From NCBI GenBank assembly GCA_965285935.1, contig OZ260663.1:112344001-112408000 (forward strand): 64,000 nt of DNA, in the 5' to 3' direction. Origin of the DNA: Ophelia neglecta (Eukaryota). Position numbers and translations under genes: made by a program. Positions 13,822 through 26,749 of this stretch are shown here, piece after piece (position 1 is the first letter of the stretch; each line of letters starts with the position of its first letter). Under the pieces are notes generated by a model that had not been told where the DNA came from, made no database searches, and saw only the letters and a program-made list of their open reading frames with translations.

Positions 13822-15186
13822 TAAACTGAAGGTCTGTTATTGTTTGAGTTTGGTCTGGCGGCTCTTGTATCATATTTATTAAAGTCCCACTTGCGACATT
13901 TGATGTCTTCTCCCCAGAGGTTTTCTTTCATGGCATCGTATGCCTGCGATATTGGCACGAAAATTTTACAGCCGACTAGCCAATCATTCCACCTGTTTCT
14001 GATGACTCTGGCTGACATGACACGAATATCTTTGCCTCGGGCGTGATTACGGATGGACCCAATAATCGATTCGTCTGATTCGTCGGGATCCGTCTCTATG
14101 TGCTCAAGGTATAACATCAGGCCCTTTTCCGGTGTTTTGCCTTTTAGCGGTTTGTGGTACCTTGTGCAATCATTAGAGATATGAGATCGCGAGTCACTCC
14201 TAATTTGGCTATCATTGGGTCGGTGTTGTTGGGAGGGGCTGAGGTGTTCCTGACGCCTATTCTGCCTTCGGGTTCGCCTACTCACAACAGCTTCCCATGA
14301 GTTCTCATCATCCCTGTCTACGGGAGATTTGTTAGCACGGTTGTTGGTGAGTTCTGGGAAGGCTCTCTCCTGAGGTACTTGTCGTTGATAGTTTGTGGTG
14401 GGTGCCGGGCCCGCTAGTACAAAGTCAGCAAGCCGGGGGTCCTGTTGGTTTCTGCCGCTTTGCGAGGACGCCGTCTCAGAGTTTTTCACAGCTGGAACAG
14501 TGACAGGAGTGTTGGGCTGCGAGGTGTTAACGCACAACACCTGGCTCTGTGTATTTTCCCCTGTTCCTTGTAGGTCAAATATTATCGTTCTCAACGAAAT
14601 GTTCTCTTCCTCCAAATCTTTAATTTTCCTCCGAAGAACATTCAATTCTTCCACATTCTGGGCTCTATCAGCAGCTACATTATCAGAGAGTTTTGTCAGC
14701 TTAGTTGATACCTGCGCAATAAACTCATTCAACTGGGATGCCACGTCCGATATTTTGTACTGTTTTCCCAATAGATCTTTTTTTTTCATTGCCCTGGTTT
14801 GGTTTGGGGTAAATTCCGCCAACATTTTTATAAGCCGACCTTGTGAAGTCTTTTGTTAAATCTGCAGTATACATGAAAAGATTTAGTAGGTCTTCTACCT
14901 GTAGATCTGATGAGCGTCTGTCCTTCAGCACGAAGCCTTTGTTATCGAAGTTGTTCATGTCCAATTTGTGGCACGTCCGTTCCAGGTTTTCTATGGCGTA
15001 GTTTGAGAGTAGATCTCTTGATTGCAGGATAAGATCTTCATCTATATTCACCACGATCTCCTCTATCACTGCACGTTTACTCGTAGACGTTATTTTGCAC
15101 AATAAATATTTCACCGTATTGTTCAGTCCTGGAATGTTTGTCAAAAGCAAGGCAGCGGGGGGATCTGCGTCTGCACACTCCGCCAT
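13821..15186 (-). pseudogene. LINE ORF1 (coiled-coil, low-complexity linker, C-terminal RRM-like region), one frameshift near 14825
   Basis: Two overlapping ORFs. Heptad region LNEFIAQV..LRRKIKDLEEENISL; C-terminal LYLEHI..KIFVP..LWGEDIKCRKW. Likely start is AAGATGGCG at 15186. Confidence 0.7.
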
Positions 15187-15749
15187 CTTGTAAACTGCTC
15201 CTTTTCGACACTTTGTGTTGACCGACTGAAAACAGCGTTGTATAATGATAAAATTGATTTTACTTAATAACCGCCTGGCAATACATAGGCTATCCAAGAA
15301 TCGAGAAGTCGGAGGCATAGCGGTCGTCAACGACAAGCTATTCACTAGATAAACATGATCAGCGCGTCATCCATTGTGTGGTTGAGATCTCTCCATGCAG
15401 TTAATATTTTCTGTTCCAGTAAATAATCCTTTTAGGCCCATTTTACATTTTACCGACTAAAATGGGTAATTGCCACCAAGCAGTGTGCTTGTCATTGAGA
15501 AGTTGCAATTTTCAAAAGTGCTCAAACAACATCTGTATTTAACTGCTATGGTCCCTCCAAATATGGTTTGCTACGCGCCACTAAGGTGGGTCTCCGTGAA
15601 GTGTGACTTTATAATGGTATTGGCAGAACTGTTTAGGGAGGTCACCTCCAGCATGTCTACGATCAGATGCTGAAGACTAATCATTTTTAAGTGGAACTTA
15701 ATTATTCTGGGAAGCTTTTTATTACAATATTCCAAATCACCTCCTTTTC

Positions 15750-16204
15750 TTATTGAAACTTGGAACATTGGAAAATTAAGTGTTCGAGTGGATCCAGAGC
15801 TGGCGTTTCACGGGGGCAACACAGTTTGACGGTATCCGTTAGCATAACACTTGCCAGCTTAGCCATTGACTCCTTGACATTGAGCCATTGACACACATAT
15901 CGCTTCACCTTGCACTGTCGAGCAATCACCCACAGGAGACTGGTTGATCCCGCCTTCACTCGTCGAATGGTTGTTGTGGGGCTACATTATTTTTTTGATT
16001 CCATTTTTACTTCTGGACGCTCTCTTTCCCAGCAACATATAGCATCCCAACCAATTTTTCGACATTCACCTTTTCTGGAATTAACCGGTTTCTTTGTACC
16101 CGTTCATAGTCCTTGCTGAGTGAGACGATATTGGGCAAGTACCTGTAATATGCCATTTGCACAGCCTCTGTCCTTTTCTGCCAGTGACAACAACTTCTAA
16201 ACAC
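15750..16204 (-). mobile_element. Old LINE ORF2 C-terminal relic
   Basis: The translation contains LCCP..DPLEHLIFQCSKF, resembling the CCHC end of LINE ORF2. It sits where the 5' exons of copy B should be. Confidence 0.35.
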
Positions 16205-19200
16205 CGAATTTAGTCAACAAAATACGATGTACGTTTGATTCCGGCCCAAGACGGCATATGCAACCAAAAAGCTCAGTTTTTCTCGGTGGATGTAAGAATT
16301 TGTGATGTCAGTTTATTGATCGTGAAGCTGTGTATTTATAGATAATATATGCTGGCTGATATTCTTAGATAATTCACAAAGAAAAGGCTGATTTTCTTAG
16401 ATAATTCACAAAGAAAATTGTTAAAATAAGATATGATATCATTATTTATTGGCTGATATGCATAAAGCGATGATGCTTTCAGCTATTGAACCAAGTGATA
16501 TGTGTTTGCAAAAAAAAAGATGCTCTGAATTAATGAAAAACTAGCGGGGATTTTATTATAATATAGCTTTTCGCATCCATATAAATATCTGGAAACCACC
16601 CGATTCGATTAGTCGATACATTGATGAAACGAAAAGCCCTAACTAATCAGGTATTATGGTGTGTGATTAATATAAAAAGCTTCTTTTCTCATCTCACTTG
16701 TGGAAACTATTCCAGGTAACGTCGCCTTCCGTCAGCATGCTTACCAGAAATGGGCTTGGCTGTTACGTGGGAGTAAAACCAGCAACAGCTGGTTTGGCTG
16801 TCGACGGTGACATAAATCCAGACCAACAACATCTTCATTGTGCTAATCCCGGTAACCTATCCTCCAGTGACCCCAGCGCCGCCTGGTGGTATGTCGACCT
16901 GGGAACTGAACACGTGATCTACAGTGTAACCTTGTATAATGTGAAAAACTATGTGTCTGGTATGTTTATATATTTCAACATTTCATTGTTTAAATGGTTT
17001 ATCATGTTGACCATGAATCGGAATCCAAATTCAATATCATTACAGTTGAAAAAAGGATGTCTGAATTCCGGATAACTGCAGGTAACACAACCGATATCAG
17101 AAATGGTAGGGTTTGTGCACGGCACAAGGACCCAGTGACCGGCGGTGGGAATCTCACTCTCAACTGTACAACTACTATGACTGGTAGATATGTCGCCTAT
17201 GTTAGTGAGAGAACGTCTCCGCCAGAAGACATCCGTTATGTGACAATCTGTGAGTTTGTAGTTACTGGAAGATCATATGTCGGTGAGTAATAGAACTGGA
17301 ACCTTGGCTTCATTACTGGTTTATTTTAGTTCGAGGTTGGGAGTTTACCACAGTGTTATAGACTTTTAAGACCAACATTTAAATCTTAAGAATTCATTAA
17401 TGCGTAAATATTCTGTGACCCGGTAATCAATGATAAAAAGTCCAGGCGTATAAAGGATCATTTTTATTTCCTTTTCTAGTTCAACTATTCTCAAAAAGAG
17501 TAAGTCATTTCATAGCAAATATGGGCGCTTCATACCTCGAAAAAATGCCAAGTAGGCGAGCTTCATCACTGTCAATATCGGAGCGACACCTGTACTAGTT
17601 TTTGATGCATCACGGTAATGGTTGCAGTTGTGAAAATGTCGTCACTGTAGTATTAATGGTTGTAGGTTTGTAAAATAGTATCCCAAAAACCTTGCCAGTT
17701 CCAAGCATTACATTGACGACTTAAATGTTTGTGTATCCAAGTGTTTGGCTAGTTGCATCCAAACCAAAAGTGCGTAGTAGGCTGAGTGGTTGGCTTGCCT
17801 TATTACACTCTAGGGCTAATGGATATCCGCCCAAGTTGTCTTCGAGAAAAGGGGAGGTTATACTTTCTCTAGAAGGTGGAGGGGTGGAGCCGTTGGAATC
17901 AGGCACTTTTTCAACCCTAAGAAACAGACTAAGACTTTTCCGTGACCCTAGAATTGACTTGTTCCTGCATTAAGATTACGACTTTATTTATTGTGACTTT
18001 TACGATTTCGTGTGTTGTAGGAATTATTACTTTATTGGGATTTGGGAATTTGGTCATTCCGTATTGGTTGACAAAACATTTATCAAATAACAGTGGTTTG
18101 TTTCCTTCCTTTTCCATGATCGAGTTCTTTAGGCCATACCTAACCCCCAACATTTCGCCGCCAAATAAATGTTTTTTCATGTATGTATATCAGATTGCAG
18201 CCATTGTCCTCCCCGGCCACCTGCGACGACTACGATGGCTGTAGTAGTTGTCCTTATGGAACCAGACTACCAAACTGTACAAGATGTAGGTCTCTCTTAT
18301 ATCAAATCTCCAATAGTTAATGGCGCAGAAATTTGGCATGGCACCTTACATGTTTTAAAATAATTTATATTAATAATATATTCAATAGCATCAAATTAGT
18401 CAATATGTTATAGCTTGTATATCTGGTTGATATGGGAAGAGTTGTGAGGCCGGATGCAGTGACCACTGTAAACCGGACAGTGACTCGCCTTGTAATAGAG
18501 TGTCTGGAGTCTGTACCGACGGATGTAAAGAAATCTCTGATGTTGGGAACGACGTATGGTGGCTGGGAGACAGGTGTGTCATCTAAATTAGTAAGTTAGG
18601 AGGAACAACTTCATATAACTTGACCTAACCGTGTAACGACAATGTCAGTAGTTGATCGTCTTCTTTTGGTAATACTTGACCCAGGCTGTAGTTACTTGGT
18701 TATTTTGCCAATCGCTAATTTCTCACTATCATTATCCTGGATGGAACGCGTCATAGAGCCCCAGCAATCCACGAGTAATTGCACAGGGCTTTCTTAGGCA
18801 CATAAAAATCACAGAAATCACGGCGACGCATTATTGGCTACCAAGTCTACAGAAAGGTCAATGACAGCCAGTGGAGCCGAGAACAGAACGTTACACACCA
18901 GACAACAGACCAGCTGCAGGTCTTAGTGGTAGGACTGGAGCCTAATACCAGATACCTGTTTGGCTTGTCTGTGTACAGGTTGCATACAAACGGCACGGTG
19001 TATGAGGGGATAAGAAAATACCCTGAGGTCAACGGGACAACATTACCGGGTAAAAAGAATCGGATTTCTTGTTATGCCAAAAACCCCGAAAACGTTTTAA
19101 TTATGATGTTTCAATGTTTTTTTTTATGTTTTGATGTTTTTTTAATGTTTTGATGTTTTTTAACTGCCCCCTTATTGTTGTCTTTTACTTTCAAATATTA

Positions 19201-20054
19201 AACACTTGATTCTTACAACAACTATGACGTCAGTATTGACATCAGCAATGACGTCAGCACGGTCGTCAGGAAGTACATCAGAAGTGACTTCCTCTTCCAC
19301 TGTCAAAGCGCCCTCGTCTCCAGGTATAAACGTCGGAGTCATCGCTGGACCGTCTGTGGCCTTTACTGTCCTCCTTGGTGTCGGGATAACTGCAGCCGTC
19401 CTAATAACTCTTAGGTAATACAATCATCAACAATACGTTTGATTTGCAATTCGTGCTTTTGAAGCAATAAAGTGGCACTTACCCTGCACTTTCCCCATTG
19501 GAAAAACATAACATGCCATTTTATTAATCAATTAACTTTGTATTACCTTAAAACAGAATGTTTTCCAACAGACGCAGTTCTAGGCAAAAAGAAAAGAAAA
19601 ACCAATCTAGCTCGGGAGAAGAACGGGTAGGACCGGCAGACGGTAAGGTGGTAGTAATTACTCACGTCTTTTGTGAGAATACGTTAAGTATAAACGAGGA
19701 ATATGTTTTTTCTATATGTTGGGAATATTGTCATATCAAATCGAGCGTTGTTGATAATGTAGACAATTCGGACGCCGCAGGAGACTCCGAGGAAGACGAC
19801 CTGGGAGACATTGGCCTTGAGGTAGCAGATCAAGGTGGTAATGAGCAACGTGATCAGATGTATGAGAACTTTGGGGTCGTTGGATTTAAGTCAACTGCCA
19901 TCAAGATTAAAGACCTTAGATCTTTTGTAGTGGAAAAGTCTAAGACGGACTTTTTCCAATTGGAATTTGAGGTAATATCACACATATTATTGACATCCAG
20001 CTTGTTATTAGATAAGATAGCAGTACGTGTTTACTAACTGTCGTTATGTTTCAG

Positions 20055-22022
20055 TCCGTCCTGGTAGAATATCCCTTCACGTGTTTAGCAGCAGAGAAAC
20101 CTGAAAATAAAGACAAGGATAGATTCAAGAATATCAAATCTTGTAAGCAATATTGATTTTAATGTCAAAAGTTCTCAGTACCGAAGGCTTGTTACGAAAT
20201 AGGACGATGTTCTAAATAATTAATATTTCACTTCCAGACGACACGACCAGAGTTGTATTGGATGTTGAAGATGAATCCACGGACTCCGCCACGGACTACA
20301 TCAACGCTAACTTCCTAACAGTAATTATAAAGTATTGTTTTATGACCTAACAAAACTTCCCGATTGTTACTTCTTTAATTGTTCAGTTATATTTCAATAT
20401 AATTTAAGCCACTTTACACTCGGAAACTCCTAATTGCAGGGTGCTGGGAACACAGATAAAATATATGTAGCCACTCCAGATAGGTTTAGAATCATTGGTT
20501 TTGTAGTTCCCTTCCACAACTTGACAATATGTGTAACTAAAACAATGAATTCATTGCAACCTTTACACGGAGTTTGCGATGTTTGCCAAGTATTTAAGTA
20601 GGATATCTGTATACTAATTAAGTTCATATTTATTCATCATTCTCGCCTTCAAATCTTATACTACAGCACCAACACCTCACACTCTGACTGACTTCTGGAG
20701 AATGATGTGGCAGTTAAAGGCGAACAGAATTGTCATGCTCACTGAAGTTATAGAAAATGGTGTGGTAAGCACATCTTTGTCAAGATATATTTCTTCAATT
20801 GTATGTTTTAAACAATCAGGCCTCTCCTAATAATAACCTCCCATTAACACAAAATAGTCATATAAATGATTATTAGATCAGAATCAGCAAAAACACAGGA
20901 CAATGTCGAAATACGGATGGAGTGAAGGTAAAATAGACGGTTAATGTCCATGAAGACATTTTTTCATCAATCGCATTACAGTGGAAAAATCCCGAACAAA
21001 AAAAAGTTCTGTTTGTCACAATATACTTTAAGAGAAAATGTGGCAATTACTGGTCAGACGGACATAGTGCAGAAAAAAAGTTTGGACATTTCACTGTTCG
21101 AGTCGTCAGTTGTGACGTTTTTACCGAATATGATTTGAGGATAATGCAGGCCATCAAAGGAGTAGGTTTTTTCACCAATAATTGTTCAATTTCTGTTGTG
21201 GATTTTTTCTCATATATTTGTACTAAATCCGCTTGCCTGTATTATTGTTTACGTTTTTAGGAAGAAACCAGAACCGTGCATCACCTGCAGTTTTTAAAGT
21301 GGCCAGACAAGTTGGCTCCAGACGAGACCTACCCTCTGCTCGCCTTCAGGAGGAAGGTCAGATCCTTCGACATGGTCAGCAGCGGTCCGCTTGTCATCCA
21401 CTGCAGGTACAATATATAACACTAAATAAGACAACATACCACTGAACTGTGTTTAACGGCAATCTGTTGCCGCATGGTCAATGAAGAAGTTCATCACATT
21501 CTTAATATTTTGTTCCTTCCACAGCGCTGGTGTAGGAAGAACCGGGACTTTCATAGCGATAGACCAGTTGGTCCAGCAGGCGGCGACAGACGGAGAGATA
21601 GACGTGCTGTCATTGTTAAGAAAAATAAGGTCGCAAAGGAGCCATGTCATCCAAACTCCAGTGGGTCGTTTGATTAATTTCAATACGCTTTAGCATTGTG
21701 TGTAAAAAGATAATTCAATTCCAACCAGTACCGTAGTTCAAGACAGCCTTAAATATATATTTACCTTTACCTTACGGTACGCTTGAATACTATGAGCAAA
21801 TTCGCCAATGTCTTTCTTCTGAATTGTGAGCATAATAATTATAAACTTCCATTTATTTGCGCTGGATTGAAGGAGCAGTACAAGTTTGTGTACGAAGCTA
21901 TTGTCGAGGCAACACGATTCCGTGAGGGCCCGTATATCCCTTGTTCCAACATGAGCGATGTCTACAAAAAACTGATATCCAAACAAATAAAGGGCAAAAC
22001 TGCTATGGAGAAACAGTCCCAG
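20055..22022 (+). CDS. PTP domain D1 exons of copy B
   Basis: Motifs DYINAN, DFWRMMW, IVMLT, KCGNYW, WPD, IHCSAGVGRTG and QTPEQY. The donor after 20479 reads AT instead of GT. Confidence 0.85.
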
Positions 22023-22277
22023 GTCAGTGGCCCCTTCTATATACAATAATGTTTTTTACATATTATTAGGACATTTCTGTTAACTTTCAGAAGGGACATT
22101 TGTTCGTCCTCCCCATGATCTTTGTATATTTTCAGTGGCGCCTTTTTCATGATTTTATGAAATAGATCTTCTTTTCACACTCAGTACCGTCTATAGTTAA
22201 ATTAACCTTCTTTGCTTTGAAAGCAAATTCAACATATTTAAATAGATCATGCTGTAACACATTATTATCGCCATCAG

Positions 22278-24354
22278 TTCTTAAGACAAATGTGTCCGAA
22301 ATGTATCCCTGACGAGTCTGCAGTGAACGACGAAAACCTCTCGAAGAATAGACAGAGCGATATACTGCCTTGTATGTTAAACATTAATCTAACGCTATGT
22401 TTTGAAGCTCAAATACGTTCGACCTAATAAAATGCAGTTTTGTCAGTCATTTCAATGTAACACCCTATATTATGTACACAACGTTTTACCTACATAGTAT
22501 ATAGAGGGGCTGTCTCTTTCTGCTAACTACATAATGTCCATTGTTTAGGCGGCTCTCGGCCATTTCTCTCTACCAGAACTGACGATGGTAATGACTACAA
22601 CAACGCTGTGTTCTTTGACGTAAGTTCTAAAACAACTTTACAATCAGCCAGTGCGGCTAACCTCCATGATCACATGTCTTATTATTAACCTGAACACAGT
22701 AACAACACATGTATATCTGTGTGTATTTTTATAGACTTACAGGATGGAAAAGGGTCTTATAGCGACCCAGATGCCGCTCCCAAACACCATCGTAGACTTT
22801 TGGAGGCTGATATATGACCATGAATGTGGATGTATCGTACTGCTACAAAATGAGGATATTCTGGACGAGGTCGGTTTAGTCCTATAACTATATAATATGA
22901 CATTGCATGTAATGCCCAAATATATCTCACAGTTTTGTACCATTTCATTGAATAGACCTGCCCAGTGTATTGGCCACAGAGTGTCAACTCGAACATGACG
23001 TTTGGTCCGTTTGAGGTAACGCTTGTCAAGGAGAACAACACGACGGATGTCTCCACGCGAGAGTTCTCACTAATCAACACCAGAAAGGTTAGTTCACAGT
23101 AATGTAATCCTACTTCAACACAATTGCAAATATTTTCTCCTCATCTGGTTTGATCTCAATTACTATAATGTCGTTTTTTTTACTATACTTTCACAGAACT
23201 GTCAAATATGAAGGGGTCTTAACTTACAATTCATTTCATACTTCGATTAATTTCAATTGTTCTCTGCCATCTTTCAAACACAGTGTAATTTTTTTTCTTC
23301 TGAACCCTGGTAGTCAGATTGCTTGATTTCTGTATATGTACTAAAAGGGCTATTGTTATTTATGTTTTATTTTCCCACTATAAATTTGTACTTTCTAAGT
23401 ATATAATTGTTTATAAGCCTTTTTTGCACGTTCTGCACTAAGTTATTATATGTCATTACATGGGGCCAATAAGCTCTGCTTCTGCTCCACCTGTCAGGGG
23501 TTCAATATTGTATCATATGGACTTGTTTTATTATATTCATATTAATTTGTTACTTTATCTAGTTGTTTATTCCTTTGTATTTGATCCTTTGTGAACCTTT
23601 GGCAATAAATATTATATTATTATATTATATTATATATTATAGACCCGAGAAAAGGCTCGTACAGTCGCACAGTTTGAGATGTCTGACTGGCCTCAGTCAA
23701 GAGACCTCCCGACCGAAGCGGCCTTTGTCAATCTGTACGACCGGGTGGAGACCTGGAGGCCGGAGGTATCCAATAAGACTACAGTAGTTCAGTGTCTGTA
23801 AGTAGACAAACTATAAATCTCTCATGTCCAATTATGAAATGTCTGTCCTGTCTGTGAAGCTTATTTATCGGTCTGCAGCTGGCGGATCCTGAAAATATCC
23901 GATATACATTCCCGTTTTTATTAAAAATCTATTTAAGCTATATTGTGATAGCCTCTTCAATTACACATTTTTTGTTTAGCGATGGCGCCACTAGATGCGG
24001 TCTGTTCTGTGCTGCCACCTATCTGATACAAAAGATGGCCGCTGACCAAGAACTGGATGTATTCAATACAGTGCGATGCATTGCCAGTAATAGGTCTCAA
24101 TTCATTGACTCAGTGGTAAGGTTTACGTTAATAATAAATAAAGTCATAATTTAAAGCTCGTAAAATGATTTAAATGAAGTATCGTGTCTTTCTTGCAACC
24201 TTTTAATGAGAAACAATACTCTACTCTCTAGACTTATACTTAGTGATCATATATGCTGAGTGAATTTCTATCCTTCCCACAGGCCCAATATGGCTATCTA
24301 CACGAGTTGGCCATACATTACCACGATAGCCACTCAGAATATCAGAACATTTAG
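22278..24354 (+). CDS. PTP domain D2 (pseudophosphatase-type) exons and C-terminus of copy B
   Basis: Motifs KNRQSDILP, ATQMPLPNTIVDFWRLIYD, VYWP, WPQ, VQCLDGATRCG and DVFNTV. Ends SEYQNI-stop. Confidence 0.85.
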
Positions 24355-25716
24355 TGGACGAGTGATTATGTTTTGAAACGTATAAGAATATATCGCTAAT
24401 TAGTGACTTTACATTGTTATGTGTTAAATTTACTCTTGATTGAGCTGATATTGGTAATGAGTGCGATAATATTACAAATTATCGAGGTTTATATATCCAT
24501 AAGCTTTTAACAATAGTTATTTTTCCACATTATGTTAGTTCTCCATACTCGTAGACAGTTCCTTAGGGCATATATTTTGTTTAACCAATTATTTTTATAA
24601 CATTTTAATTTGTCATGGACTAGATATAGGCCTAGGCATCTATCACAGCAACCAGTAAACCTAACGCATTCAAAGTAGTTAGGATTATTTCTATATATGC
24701 CAAGCCAAATTCCTTAAGTCTTGGCCAGGCTTAACTTAAGTCTTTGAAAACATTTATTCAATTCTTAATAGATTGTATATCAGATGATGGTCTTATTAAA
24801 TTATCCAACCTTATTGTTTGAGTGCACATGTGTAGTCATCTGGAAAGATGCCAGTTGAAAGTGACCGATTAATTATTCTAGTAAGTGGCTTCGTAATCTC
24901 CAAGGAAATATGTTTGAAAACATTGGATGACAAAAAATGTCAAGGCCACAGTGATTTCGGCTTTAATTTGTCTGGTAAAGATAGCCAACATTAATGTTAA
25001 ATCCTTTTTAAGTGTTCTACTTGCTTGCTCTTTTAATTGTATCATTGAATTAAAACCATGTATTTCTCTTATCATTTCTGAAATTAGGAAACTGAGAGGT
25101 ATTGCTATTTCTTTTTTCTAAGAATATTTTTCATTGAGGAAAAGTACTAAGATTATCTTTGAGTTTCGTACATGTGGGGAATTCTGTGGAGTCCAATTTA
25201 CAATTTTGTATAGACTCTCAATATTAGAAAACGACAAGCATCAGTTGAAAGGACAATAACAGCTGCTCATGCAGAGTGCTGTCTCGAGAACACGTGCGCC
25301 GGACCTAGATATACGGGGCCAACCGGTTGGCAATCTCTTATCTAATACAATGAGTGTCGGGAAAGAGCTGGAAATGGGGTTTAGTGAAGAACATGCTGTT
25401 GATGTATGAAACTTGTTTAGGCATGTTGGATAGGGACTGATGGGGTAAGAGTGCGTCTAGGGTGGACAACGATGAAAAATGCAGACTGATGCATTGTGAA
25501 GAGTCAGAAATGTTTGATTAACACATGTGTATATAACGTTGGTACAAAATTCAAATTTCAGAAATTATAAGTGATACAAAAAAACAAAGATACTATCGAG
25601 AGAATGAGAGGCTCCCACTAAATTTTTTGTAAGGATGGTACTCGGCATAATGGTACTATGATAAGCACCTTCCATTGCCGTACATTTGTATGGCATCTTC
25701 TTCCATTGATTGATTA

Positions 25717-26749
25717 AAACGGGAACGTTTAGACGTGTAGTGGTTGGTACCGCTAACTGTGATGTACCATTTACAATTTACACAAGCCTAGTCTCAGCAC
25801 ACGCCTACGTTATACACTGCGGCTTGGACGTTAGGGTGAGCATAGGGCTTCCTGTACCCAAGGATCCGTAAAGAGCTGCGTCCATCCCATGTTACGGAAT
25901 CTGTTGGGGCGCACTCATGGGACTAGCACGGTCCTTTATCCATAAAGCACCTTCTAGTAGTTTCCGCTGATCATGAAAGTGGGAAAAACGGAGGAGAAAG
26001 TGTATGTCCGATCTTCCACTTCATTACAAAGAGGACGAACTTTGTCTTGACATTGATTAGTTGTGAGCATCCACGAGAATATGCACAAATGATACTCCCC
26101 CGTGGTAGGTCTCATCATCGGTGTACAGTATGACTTTGGTGCCGACGGAGGACCTCTTCAGCATCTTTAGTCTGCGATACAAGAGTGCTGAGCCAATTCT
26201 CAACTTATCCATTGTCAGATATCTTTGGCTTTCACGGGTCATTTGGAAGGGACAGCACCACTGAATAACACATACGCTATGGATTCATTTAGTCCATACA
26301 AGGGGCAGATTTGGCATGTCGGAGCCTGTAGGTTATCTTTTTAACGTCTATGTGATACTTCAGCATCCACTAATGCCCATCTTTGTTGGTCATCCCGGGT
26401 CGAGACCGAGTAGTATAAAAACCGACTGTATGCTAGCTCGTCTCTGACACCTTTTATCCCCTGTGAATGGAGGACATATATCCAGGTACACGAAATGCAG
26501 AAGAGATACGTAAGAAAAAATGCTATAGAAATATACTGATACACGTTATTTCATTTTATTATATACATTTCATTTTACTTCGTGCAATTGAGCAGTGTTG
26601 CTCTTTTGGTATTAAGCTTGAACGGGAACGTTTAGATATGTTGTGGCCAGTACCGCTAGCAGTTATGTACCATTAACATTTAACACATGCCTCGTCTCAG
26701 CACTCGCATCGGGGCGTAATACACTGCAGCTTGAACGCTAGCGTGAGCA
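25717..26749. repeat. Diverged direct repeat of about 125 bp (25717-25842 and 26621-26749) bracketing LINE-like zinc-knuckle relics
   Basis: Both copies read AACGGGAACGTTTAGA..GTACCGCTA..ATGTACCAT..GTCTCAGCAC..ATACACTGC..GTGAGCA. The minus strand between them gives fragments such as CQICPL and PLCNEVED..HFLLR. Confidence 0.55.

Larger units (their letters stand above)
9878..15350 (-). mobile_element. Near full-length, degenerate non-LTR retrotransposon (APE endonuclease, RT, CCHC; RTE-X/Proto2-like)
   Basis: ORF1 pieces at 14725-15345 and 13821-14825. ORF2 pieces contain HWNCNG/INEH, GDLNS, YIDH, SDHLP (APE), LLDCRKAFD, QGVHQGGLLS, YADDV (RT) and CPMC..HFLLHC. AATAAA lies at 9897-9902 (minus) next to an (AT)n tail. 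The element is absent from the paralogous site downstream of copy C (about 34630). The clade call is tentative. Confidence 0.9.
16716..24354 (+). pseudogene. Receptor copy B: receptor-type protein tyrosine phosphatase (lectin, EGF, FN3, TM, PTP D1, PTP D2), probably a pseudogene
   Basis: Ectodomain exons: 16716-16959 (+1 frameshift), 17046-17282, 18194-18285 (-1 frameshift), 18414-18590 (TGA 18428, TAA 18584), FN3 remnant about 18832-19049 (acceptor deleted). TM exon about 19195-19414. Cytoplasmic exons: 19572-19642, 19763-19971, 20055-20142, 20238-20320, 20440-20479, 20667-20764, 21033-21161, 21261-21406, 21525-21660, 21873-22022, 22278-22371, 22549-22619, 22735-22869, 22956-23087, 23643-23797, 23980-24115, 24283-24354. 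The signal-peptide and first EGF exons are missing. Confidence 0.85.

Noticed and set aside
11957-14859. Plus-strand ORFs over the LINE and antisense ORFs over exons and GPCRs
   Set aside because: Antisense shadows of real coding sequence with no independent motifs.
9860-15355. Inverted 10-mer (GTTTATCTGG / CTAGATAAAC) flanking the LINE
   Set aside because: Short and imperfect; LINEs lack TIRs, so it is probably chance.
16716-18285. Compensating +1 and -1 frameshifts rescuing copy B
   Set aside because: The shifted frame hits TGA within the lectin exon, and two more stops follow in the next EGF exon.
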